This document shows positions 1 through 8,128 of a stretch of 64,000 bases of DNA, in pieces. A model generated the notes under the pieces. It worked only from the letters and a program-made list of their open reading frames with translations. It had not been told where the DNA came from and did not search any database. This stretch comes from an uncultured Actinomycetes bacterium. Lineage in GTDB: Bacteria > Actinomycetota > Thermoleophilia > RBG-16-64-13. The stretch covers positions 224,001 through 288,000 of the forward strand of contig CAWJDT010000004.1 in assembly GCA_963841735.1 (NCBI GenBank), in the 5' to 3' direction. Both the position numbers and the translations under genes were made by a program. Every line of letters starts with the position of its first letter. The stretch's first letter is position 1.

Positions 1-518
1 GTTGCTTCAAGTTCGGCAAGGGACTGTTCCGCTCCCTTTCCCTGCAGCTGCAGCTGGCGACGACGCGCCCTCTCCTCCAGGCCGGCAGTAAGGAACACCT
101 TAAGCTCCGCGTGGGGCACCACGACGGTGCCCATATCCCGTCCCTCCAATAAGACGTTCCCGGCGGCTGCCTCCTGGCGCTGTTTGGCGGTGAGCACGTC
201 GCGTACGCCAGGATCGGCCGAAACGGCAGACACATGCTTTGAAACCAGGGGACCACGGATCTCGTCGGTGATCTCTCGCCCATCGACAAAGACCCGGGTG
301 AGGTCGTCGGCCCGGCCCTCCAGACGGAGGTCCGTATGAGCGGCAAGCGCCCCAGCTTCACCTATGCGGTCCGGGACCAGGCCCTCCTCCAGCGCCAGAA
401 ACGTGATTGCCCGGTACATGGCCCCAGTGTCCAGATACCGCATCTTAAGCCGCTTGGCTACTTCACGGGCGATAGTACTCTTGCCGGACCCGGCAGGTCC
501 ATCGATGGCGATTATCAC
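1..518 (-). CDS. cmk: Cytidylate kinase (3' end runs off the window)
   Basis: Manual translation from GTG at 518 gives MIIAIDGPAGSGKSTIA...LDTGAMYR, with EGRDMGTVV further on. The start overlaps the aroA stop (GTGA). Confidence 0.93.
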   Translation of the reverse strand, partial: MIIAIDGPAGSGKSTIAREVAKRLKMRYLDTGAMYRAITFLALEEGLVPDRIGEAGALAAHTDLRLEGRADDLTRVFVDGREITDEIRGPLVSKHVSAVSADPGVRDVLTAKQRQEAAAGNVLLEGRDMGTVVVPHAELKVFLTAGLEERARRRQLQLQGKGAEQSLAELEA

Positions 519-1891
519 AGGCGCCCCTCCTGTTCGGTCAAAAGGGCGTTCCCATTGACGCTGCCACGCAGGCTGGCCAGGGTATCCACGAATGCCGGGT
601 ACGACACGGCTGCACAGGCAACGTCATCTACGCGCACTCCCTCCTGGGAAGCCGCGCCAGCGATGGCGCCCACCATCGCCAGCCGGTGATCTGCCATGCT
701 CAACACTTCGCCGCCCCTCCAGCCGCCGAGTAGTCCGGTCACATCCATTCCGTCGGGATGTTCCACAACCGCGACCCCCAGGGCCCGCAGGAGCGCAGCC
801 ATGGACGAGAGCCGGTCGCTCTCCTTGGCCCGCAGATCGCCCGCGCCGCGCAGGCAGGAAGTGCCTCGAGCCCTTGCGGCGGCCAACAAGAACAGAGGGA
901 GCTCGTCTATGAGTCCGGGCACCTCCCCCGCATCCACATTGGTGGCCTCCAGCTCGGAAGTACGTGCCAGGATGGAGCCCACCGGCTCCGGTCCCGCCGC
1001 CCCTGTATCTTCGACCACCAGGTCGGCACCCATCCGTCGAAGCACGCTCATGAGTCCCGTCCGAGTGGCGTTGAGCCCCACGCCCGAGACGCGCACTTCT
1101 GACCCGGGGACCAACAGCGCGCCCACGAGGAAGAACGCGGCCGAGCTGAAATCGCCCGGCACCGTCACCTCCCCCATGCTCAGCCCCGCGCAGGGCCACA
1201 CGCGCACTTGGCTGCGACCATCCGGCAGGCTGCTGTGTTCGACTCTGCCACCCGCGTATGCGACCATGCGCTCGGTGTGGTCACGCGACGCAGAAGGCTC
1301 GCTCAGACAGGTCTCTCCTTCCGCGCGCAGGCCGGCCAGCAAGAGGCACGACTTGACCTGGGCTGAGGCCACAGGGAGCGTGTATGTGATTCCCCGCAGC
1401 CTCCCCCCACGCAGAGCGATGGGCGGCAACGTATTTCGATTGCGCCCCACTACGGTCGCCCCCATAGCCGACAGAGGTTCCAGGATTCGCGCCATCGGAC
1501 GGCGACGGATGCTCGCGTCACCAGTGAGCACGGAAAGGAAGTCACGAGAAGCCAGCAAACCCGGCAAGAGACGGATCAGCGTGCCGGCGTTGGCGACATC
1601 CACTACGTCGTCCGGTTCACGCAGACCCTCCCAGCCTTGACCGTGGACGATGAGCTCCTCTCCCACTTCGTCGACGGTGACCCCCAGGGCCCTGATCGCG
1701 CGGACCGAAGCCATAGTGTCCGCCGATCTCAGGAAACCGGTCACTCGCACAGGTCCGTCATTAACCGCGCCCAATAGCACGGCCCGATGTGAGATGGACT
1801 TATCACCAGGGACAACAGTCGAACCCTTTAGCCCACCAGCGGCAGGCTCGAACAGGCAGCTTTGTGGTGTGCTACCCACGTTTGCCCTCAT
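515..1891 (-). CDS. aroA: 3-phosphoshikimate 1-carboxyvinyltransferase (EPSP synthase)
   Basis: Motifs PGDKSISHR, SAQVKS, RDHTERM, KESDR and DHRLAM. Confidence 0.97.
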   Translation of the reverse strand: MRANVGSTPQSCLFEPAAGGLKGSTVVPGDKSISHRAVLLGAVNDGPVRVTGFLRSADTMASVRAIRALGVTVDEVGEELIVHGQGWEGLREPDDVVDVANAGTLIRLLPGLLASRDFLSVLTGDASIRRRPMARILEPLSAMGATVVGRNRNTLPPIALRGGRLRGITYTLPVASAQVKSCLLLAGLRAEGETCLSEPSASRDHTERMVAYAGGRVEHSSLPDGRSQVRVWPCAGLSMGEVTVPGDFSSAAFFLVGALLVPGSEVRVSGVGLNATRTGLMSVLRRMGADLVVEDTGAAGPEPVGSILARTSELEATNVDAGEVPGLIDELPLFLLAAARARGTSCLRGAGDLRAKESDRLSSMAALLRALGVAVVEHPDGMDVTGLLGGWRGGEVLSMADHRLAMVGAIAGAASQEGVRVDDVACAAVSYPAFVDTLASLRGSVNGNALLTEQEGRL

Positions 1892-3024
1892 TCACCGCCG
1901 TCCGTCATGAGGCCGACTCTCGAGGCGTACCCGAGGCTATTGAGCAGGGCCTCCGCCGTATTGGCTACATCCTGCCCGGCTATGAACAGTTCCAGATCGC
2001 CACCAACGCTGCGGCTCATGTGGTGCAGCGTGAGGTCTTCAACGTTGATCTCCGCCTCTCCCAGGGCAGTCATCACCCGAGCGATCACGCCCGACTCGTC
2101 GGGCACGCGCACAGTAACTCGGTAGAGGGTAGCCGGCGTGATGTCGGCGTACTCAAGCATCTGCTCCCGGTAGCCAGCGGCCGTTTCAATGGACCCCGCA
2201 ATGGCCGGTTCGTCTCCCCGGGCGAGGTCTTCGGCAAAGGCCTGCAGTTCGGCCATCATGGCCTTGACCGAATCGCCCAAAGCCTCACGGTTCTCGAAGA
2301 AGATGTCCCGCCACATGGAGGGATTAGCCCCTGCTACCCGCGTAAGGTCGGTGAAGCTTGGGCCCACCATCTGCAGCGCGGGCTTGCCCCCGGCAACGCA
2401 CGAACCCGTCTGCTTCATGAGTGCGTTGGCCAAAACATGCGGCAGATGGCTCACCACCGCCATGATCTGATCGTGTGCCCGTGCATCGATGAGAGTGGGC
2501 CGCGCGCCTAGGTCCAGCACAAACTGCTGGAGCATGGCGTAGAGCCTGGGGAATGCCGCGCCGGTGGTACACAGGAAATACGTGGCCTTCTGAAACAGTT
2601 CGGCCCGAGCGTAGCGCACCCCGGAGTCGGCGGCACCGCACATAGGGTGCCCGCCCACAAATATCGACCGCGCGACCGGCGAGAGACTTTGCATGATGGC
2701 CGACTTGGTGCTCCCCATGTCGGTGATGAGACGTGGCCGCGGTTCCGCCGCTGCACACTCCTCCACCAACGCTGGGATGCTCCGCACCGGGGTCGACACC
2801 ACCGCCAGATCGGCATATGCGGCAGCCTCCGCGGCCGTGGTAGCCGCCTCCGAGATGATCCCCTGCTGCAGTGCGATCTCCAGAACACCGGGGTCGTTGT
2901 CGAACCCCACAATCTCGTCCACCTGCGCATATCGCTGCGCGGCTAGGGCTAGGCTGCCACCCATCATCCCTACCCCGATTACGGCTAGGCGATGAACTCC
3001 GCTGTGTGTGCGCGTGCCGGTCAT
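1888..3024 (-). CDS. tyrA: Prephenate/arogenate dehydrogenase with C-terminal ACT domain
   Basis: Motifs GVGMMGGS, DMGSTK, GGHPMCG and HDQIMAVVSHLPH, plus ACT-like VPDESGVIA. The real start is ATG 3024; the track's extension overlaps aroF. Confidence 0.93.
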   Translation of the reverse strand: MTGTRTHSGVHRLAVIGVGMMGGSLALAAQRYAQVDEIVGFDNDPGVLEIALQQGIISEAATTAAEAAAYADLAVVSTPVRSIPALVEECAAAEPRPRLITDMGSTKSAIMQSLSPVARSIFVGGHPMCGAADSGVRYARAELFQKATYFLCTTGAAFPRLYAMLQQFVLDLGARPTLIDARAHDQIMAVVSHLPHVLANALMKQTGSCVAGGKPALQMVGPSFTDLTRVAGANPSMWRDIFFENREALGDSVKAMMAELQAFAEDLARGDEPAIAGSIETAAGYREQMLEYADITPATLYRVTVRVPDESGVIARVMTALGEAEINVEDLTLHHMSRSVGGDLELFIAGQDVANTAEALLNSLGYASRVGLMTDGGE

Positions 3025-3029
3025 GGGTG

Positions 3030-4070
3030 TCACCCCAGAGTCTTGCCGGTCCAGTCCACCATGGACCGGATGCGGGTGACAACGGCGGCGAACTGCCCGG
3101 GATCGAGCGACTGCGCTCCGTCCGATAATGCAGTCTCCGGCGTGGGATGCATCTCGATCATGAGCCCGTCGGCTCCCGCCGCAAGCGCGGCTAGAGAAAG
3201 GGGTTCCACCAGGTCGATCTTGCCGGCAGCGTGACTGGGGTCTACGACTACGGGCAGGTGACTCCGCTGTTTGATGATGGGGATGGCGGATATGTCCAGG
3301 GTGTTGCGTGTGGCCGTCTCGAAAGTGCGGATGCCGCGCTCGCACAGGATGACGTTCTCATTACCCTCTTTGACGATGTATTCGGCAGCCATCAGTAGCT
3401 CGTCTATGGTAGCGGCCAGGCCCCGTTTGAGCAGAATCGGACGATTAACCATGCCCACCGCCGACAGCAGTTGAAAGTTCTGCATGTTGCGCGCACCGAT
3501 CTGGATGATGTCGCAGTACTCCGCCACGGGCTCCAGGTGCCGCGGGTCCATGAGCTCGGTCACGATAGGCAGGCCCGTCAGCTCACGAGCCTCCGCCAGT
3601 ATCTCTAGACCCTCCACACCCAATCCCTGAAAGGCGTAGGGGGACGTTCGCGGCTTGAAGGCTCCCCCGCGCAACATGGTCGCGCCTGCTTCCTTGGCTG
3701 CCACCGCCGCTTCGAGCAGTTGCTCCCTGCTTTCCACCGAGCACGGCCCCGCGATGAGGGCTACGTGCTTGCCACCGAGGCTGGTACTGCCCACGGTGAT
3801 GATGGTGTCGCTCTTGCGGAACTCTCGACTAACGAGCTTGTAGGGCTTGAGGATAGGTACTACCTTCTCCACGCCCGGATACGCCTCCAACGGAAGCCCG
3901 GCCACTACGTCTCTCTCCCCCAAAACACCGATGACCGTGGCGAGGTCGCTGGTGGACACATGGCCACGAGCCCCGGCGGTCTCGAGAAGCTCCAAGATCC
4001 GCTGCACGTCCGAGGAGGTGGCCCCCTCCTCCATCACGATCATCATCTCTGTGCTGATGCCATCCATCAT
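3030..4070 (-). CDS. aroF: DAHP synthase, type I-beta with N-terminal ferredoxin-like regulatory domain
   Basis: Motifs [38 protein letters not shown] and DPSH. Confidence 0.95.
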   Translation of the reverse strand: MMDGISTEMMIVMEEGATSSDVQRILELLETAGARGHVSTSDLATVIGVLGERDVVAGLPLEAYPGVEKVVPILKPYKLVSREFRKSDTIITVGSTSLGGKHVALIAGPCSVESREQLLEAAVAAKEAGATMLRGGAFKPRTSPYAFQGLGVEGLEILAEARELTGLPIVTELMDPRHLEPVAEYCDIIQIGARNMQNFQLLSAVGMVNRPILLKRGLAATIDELLMAAEYIVKEGNENVILCERGIRTFETATRNTLDISAIPIIKQRSHLPVVVDPSHAAGKIDLVEPLSLAALAAGADGLMIEMHPTPETALSDGAQSLDPGQFAAVVTRIRSMVDWTGKTLG

Positions 4071-5230
4071 TAGCTCTCCGGACTCAAGGCCTCTGCACCG
4101 AGGCCGTCAACAGGATGCGATACCGCAAGATCACCGGAACCCCGCCCGAGATCCTTCATCGCTTGGAGGAACAAGTCCCCTTCTTCGACTTCACCAATGG
4201 TAACCCGAATCCAGCCCGGGCAGCCCATGGCGTAGCCCGACCGCGTGAGAATTCCTCTCTCCAACAAGACCTGCGCCACTTCGGGTCCTGGAACGGCGAG
4301 CTTGGTGACGTCCACGAACAGGAAGTTGGCCTCACTGCGATGGCACACGATGCCCAACTCCGCCAGACGCCCGGCCACGCGGAGCTTCTCGGTGGAGGTC
4401 GCGTGCCTGCGCTCCACCACGCGTTCTGGTCGCCTCAAAGCCTCCACCGCTGCGGCCTGGGCCAACGAGTCCACGTTGAAAGGTTGCCGTATCTTGTCCA
4501 GGGCCTCGACTACTTGGGGATCGGCGATGCCGTAGCCCAGCCTAAGGCCGGCCAAGCCGTAGATCTTGGAGAAGGTTCTCAATATGACCAAGTTGGGATG
4601 ATCGGCCAGCCAGGCGGTAGAGTCCTCGTGGGCTGGAGAGGTGACGAATTCGACGTAGGCCTCATCCAACACCACCACGGTCTCCGAGGGCACCTTGGCT
4701 AGAAACGCGCGCAGCACACCCGGCTCTAGGTAGCTGCCGGTGGGGTTGTTCGGGTTGCATATGATAAGAAGGCTCGTATCTTCTCGCACTGCCGCGGTCA
4801 TGGCCTCGAGGTCGTAGTCCAAGTCGCGAAGGGGCACAGCGGTAAAGGGAGCGCCGTTCGCTAGAGCGATGAGCCGGTACATGACGAACGACGGATGAGG
4901 AAACACAGCGTGGCTCTGAGGCCCCAGAAGGGCCTGGCCCAAGAGCATCAACAGCTCACACGACCCGTTGCCGAACATGAGCCGGTCTTCACCTACGCCC
5001 AATCGCTTGGCCAGCGCCCGGCGAAGCTCTCCACATGAACCGTCCGGATAACGGTTGAGGCCCCCCACCGCGGCCTTGAGGACTTCAGCGACCTCCGGGA
5101 ACGGTCCCCACGGGCTTTCGTTGGCCGAAAGCTCGGCAAGCCGGCCAAGGTGATACCGATCACGGATCTCCGCCAACGGGGGACCGGCCCTATACGGGGT
5201 AAGCTTCTCGAGAACAGGGTTGAATCTCAT
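4070..5230 (-). CDS. hisC: Histidinol-phosphate/aromatic aminotransferase
   Basis: Motifs [19 protein letters not shown] and [16 protein letters not shown] (PLP lysine). Confidence 0.93.
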   Translation of the reverse strand: MRFNPVLEKLTPYRAGPPLAEIRDRYHLGRLAELSANESPWGPFPEVAEVLKAAVGGLNRYPDGSCGELRRALAKRLGVGEDRLMFGNGSCELLMLLGQALLGPQSHAVFPHPSFVMYRLIALANGAPFTAVPLRDLDYDLEAMTAAVREDTSLLIICNPNNPTGSYLEPGVLRAFLAKVPSETVVVLDEAYVEFVTSPAHEDSTAWLADHPNLVILRTFSKIYGLAGLRLGYGIADPQVVEALDKIRQPFNVDSLAQAAAVEALRRPERVVERRHATSTEKLRVAGRLAELGIVCHRSEANFLFVDVTKLAVPGPEVAQVLLERGILTRSGYAMGCPGWIRVTIGEVEEGDLFLQAMKDLGRGSGDLAVSHPVDGLGAEALSPES

Positions 5231-5325
5231 GGTCGCTCCGGTGACAGCTCTACACAGCGGGAACGCTCAAGTATAGAGCAGCGACGCCAAGAACACCGCT
5301 TTTCCCGTGGGAGCGAGCTGAGTGC

Positions 5326-6054
5326 TCAGCGCAGGCGAGCACCGTTGCGGAGCAAGTTCACCTCTTGCGGCGAAAGCGGGCGCGCGTGGCCAACCGGCAG
5401 GGCGGTGTCTGCAAGACCGGCAAAGCGGGTGCGATGGAGGGTGAGCACCCGGTGACCCACGGCCTCCATCATGCGTTTCACCTGCCGTTTGCGGCCTTCG
5501 TGCATGGTCACGCGCAGGGTGGTTGACGTCTTGTTGGCCGACCGGTCCGCGTTGAGTATCTCGACTACTGCCGGCGCGGTTGGCCCGTCTTCCAGAAGCA
5601 TGCCCCTGCGAAGAGGGACCAGCGCTTCGGTGCCCACGATCCCGCGCACGACGATCACATACTCCTTCTCCACGTGATAGCGCGGGTGAAGCAGTCGGGC
5701 CGCCAACTCTCCGTCGTTGGTCAATAGCAGTAATCCGGTGCTATCGAGATCCAGCCGGCCCACCGGGAATACCCTTACTCCGGCGGGAACGCAATCGACC
5801 ACCGTGGGTCTCCCCCGTGCATCCACCGCGGCGCTCAGAACGCCGGCGGCCTTGTTAAGGAGCCAGTATTCTTTCTTCTCGGAAGCCACCGGCCGCCCAT
5901 CGACCAAGATCTCCTGGCTCTCAGGATCAACGGACGAACCGATGACGGCAACGGCTCCGTCTATGGCGACGCGCCCCTCGCGGATAAGCTCCTCACAACC
6001 TCGGCGCGAGCCTACTCCCGCCTCGGCAAGGTACTTCTGCAGACGCAGGCTCAC
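5326..6054 (-). CDS. rluB: rRNA pseudouridine synthase, RluB/RsuA family
   Basis: S4 domain (RLQKYLAEAGVGSRR), GRLD catalytic motif and EGRKRQVKRM. Lies downstream of scpB. Confidence 0.9.
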   Translation of the reverse strand: MSLRLQKYLAEAGVGSRRGCEELIREGRVAIDGAVAVIGSSVDPESQEILVDGRPVASEKKEYWLLNKAAGVLSAAVDARGRPTVVDCVPAGVRVFPVGRLDLDSTGLLLLTNDGELAARLLHPRYHVEKEYVIVVRGIVGTEALVPLRRGMLLEDGPTAPAVVEILNADRSANKTSTTLRVTMHEGRKRQVKRMMEAVGHRVLTLHRTRFAGLADTALPVGHARPLSPQEVNLLRNGARLR

Positions 6055-6689
6055 TCCGGCACCGTCAGCAGTCCGAGCCGGCGGCGCAACTCGTCCTTGT
6101 CGTCCTCACTCAGAGCAAAGTCCTCAAGCGGAGGCAGCTCCTCCAGGTCGCTCAGGCCGAACATGGCCTCGAAGCGCGGCGTAGTGCCATACAGCATCGC
6201 TCCGCCCCCTCCCTGGGCCCGTCCTACGTCGGTGATCAACTCCCGGTCGAGCAGGGTCCGCAGGGGCGAATCGGAGCTCACTCCTCTGACCTGCGCCATC
6301 TGTGGACGAGATACCGGCTGAAGGTATGCGATGACGGCCAAGCACTCCATCGCCGCCGGCGAAAGCCGGCCCGCCTCAGCGGGGAGTTCGTACAGGGCGG
6401 CTATCGCGGATTTAGAAAGTGGGTTGGTACGAAAGAGCCAACCGCCGGCCAAGTGCCCCAGTTCGATGCCTCGCGGCCCTGCCGGCGGAAACTCCTCCGC
6501 GATGGCCTGCACTACCGCTTCGATCGTCTCCCTGTGCTCGGGGTCCTTGAGTCCTAGGGTCTGAAGCAGAACCTCTAGTGACAATGGTTCGCCAGACGCG
6601 AACAGCAGTGCCTCCACATCCCGCTTGAGAATCTCCGGTTCGATATTCGGTCCAGCCTCGTTATCCGGCCACAATTCATCCACACTCAC
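6051..6689 (-). CDS. scpB: SMC-ScpAB complex subunit ScpB
   Basis: Motifs EALLFAS, LSPAAMECLAVIAYLQPVSR and LYGTT...FGL...ELP. Confidence 0.94.
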   Translation of the reverse strand: MSVDELWPDNEAGPNIEPEILKRDVEALLFASGEPLSLEVLLQTLGLKDPEHRETIEAVVQAIAEEFPPAGPRGIELGHLAGGWLFRTNPLSKSAIAALYELPAEAGRLSPAAMECLAVIAYLQPVSRPQMAQVRGVSSDSPLRTLLDRELITDVGRAQGGGGAMLYGTTPRFEAMFGLSDLEELPPLEDFALSEDDKDELRRRLGLLTVPE

Positions 6690-7432
6690 ACCTCAGCCTG
6701 TCTGGTGGCTTCCCTACTGCGCACCACGATGTCCCCGAACAACTCCCCTTGTGACACCCGTATCTCGCCTCGTGCAAGTAGCTCGAGCAGGGCGAACAGC
6801 GACAGGGCCTGCACCAGGGGCTCCTCTCCGCCGAACACACTGTTGAACGAGAAGCGACGGTGCCTGCTCAACACGCCCCGCACTATGCTGATCTGCCGGC
6901 GTAACTCCACCTTCACCTGGACCAGATGGGAGGTGTCAGGTTCTGCCTTTCGCGCCACGAGGCGCACCAGACAGTCCCGCAGCTCCATGGCGTCACCGGT
7001 GTCGACAACCTTCTCGATCGGCAGCAGCAGGCGGCGTGCCTCACCTGCCGGAGCACGAACAAGAGATTCCGCGGCTACCAGCCCGGCCTCACGTAGAGAA
7101 ACGGCCGCCGCCTTGAACTTGCTGTATTCAAACAACCGCGCGAGCAGCTGATCGCGGGCCTCTTCGGGCGTCAGCTCCTCTTCGAGCATCACGTGGGCAT
7201 CGGGCAGAAGCAGCCGCGACTTGACCTCCACCAGGAGGCTCATGAGCAGGAGGAACTCGGTCATGTCCTCCCAATAACCTACGATTCCGGCCGACTCCAT
7301 GTCGTCCAGGTAGGCGGTGATGATGTCCACCAACGGGACATCAAGCAGATCCACCTCCTCCTTCATGATTAGCGACAGAAGGAGGTCGAAAGGTCCCTGA
7401 TAGACGTCAAGATCTAGTTCTGGGGATCTCAG
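6686..7432 (-). CDS. scpA: Segregation/condensation kleisin ScpA (start uncertain)
   Basis: The frame stays open upstream of the tracked ATG (7366) and encodes ELDLDVYQGPFDLLLSLI, the conserved N-terminus. It also has KSRLLLP and ALLEL...Q.ELFGDI. No in-frame ATG/GTG/TTG precedes the motif, so CTG 7432 is used as the start. Confidence 0.85.
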   Translation of the reverse strand: MRSPELDLDVYQGPFDLLLSLIMKEEVDLLDVPLVDIITAYLDDMESAGIVGYWEDMTEFLLLMSLLVEVKSRLLLPDAHVMLEEELTPEEARDQLLARLFEYSKFKAAAVSLREAGLVAAESLVRAPAGEARRLLLPIEKVVDTGDAMELRDCLVRLVARKAEPDTSHLVQVKVELRRQISIVRGVLSRHRRFSFNSVFGGEEPLVQALSLFALLELLARGEIRVSQGELFGDIVVRSREATRQAEV

Positions 7433-7475
7433 TAGTGGCTCACTCTTCTGTGCTCCGCGGAGTCATTTCGGCGAG

Positions 7476-8126
7476 TTACGAGAATATCCCTGGATAGTTC
7501 GTGAGGAAGATTCTTCCCAGCCCCTTGATAGCCCAGGCCAGCGCATCGAAGAAAGGTCCCTGGAAGATGATCATCACGCCGAGCACGATGAACATGCCGT
7601 ATCGATCTACGGCCACCCACTTCTGGTAGGCATCTCTGGGTAAAAACGCCCCAAGGATCCGCGACCCATCCAACGGTGGGATAGGAATGAGATTGAATAG
7701 CCCCAACACCACGTTTACCTGAAATGCCAAGAAGAAGACGTCAAATGTCCACCCGTTTACCGCTGGGTGTATTGCGTTGAGTATCAAGATGAACACGATT
7801 GCCAGAACGAAATTCGTGACGGGACCGGCCGCCCCGACTACGGCCATGCCGCGCTGGCGATTCTTGAAGTAATAGGGGGAGACCGGTACGGGCTTTGCCC
7901 AGCCAAACATGAACCCGGAGAAGAGATACGTGATAACAAACATGGCCGTTCCCAAGGGGTCCAGATGTCTCAACGGGTTGATACTCAACCGTCCTCGGCT
8001 CTTGGCCGTGGGATCCCCCAGACGGTAAGCTACCCACCCATGCGCCAGCTCGTGCGCCGCCATCGACACGAGCAACAGGGGCAGCAGGATGGCAAGACGC
8101 GAAAGATGCGAAGTCAAGTCGTCCAT
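7476..8126 (-). CDS. Site-2 (M50) intramembrane metalloprotease
   Basis: HELAH zinc motif, AGP..N, FNLIPIPPLDG and hydrophobic segments. Confidence 0.93.
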   Translation of the reverse strand: MDDLTSHLSRLAILLPLLLVSMAAHELAHGWVAYRLGDPTAKSRGRLSINPLRHLDPLGTAMFVITYLFSGFMFGWAKPVPVSPYYFKNRQRGMAVVGAAGPVTNFVLAIVFILILNAIHPAVNGWTFDVFFLAFQVNVVLGLFNLIPIPPLDGSRILGAFLPRDAYQKWVAVDRYGMFIVLGVMIIFQGPFFDALAWAIKGLGRIFLTNYPGIFS

Positions 8127-8128
8127 GC

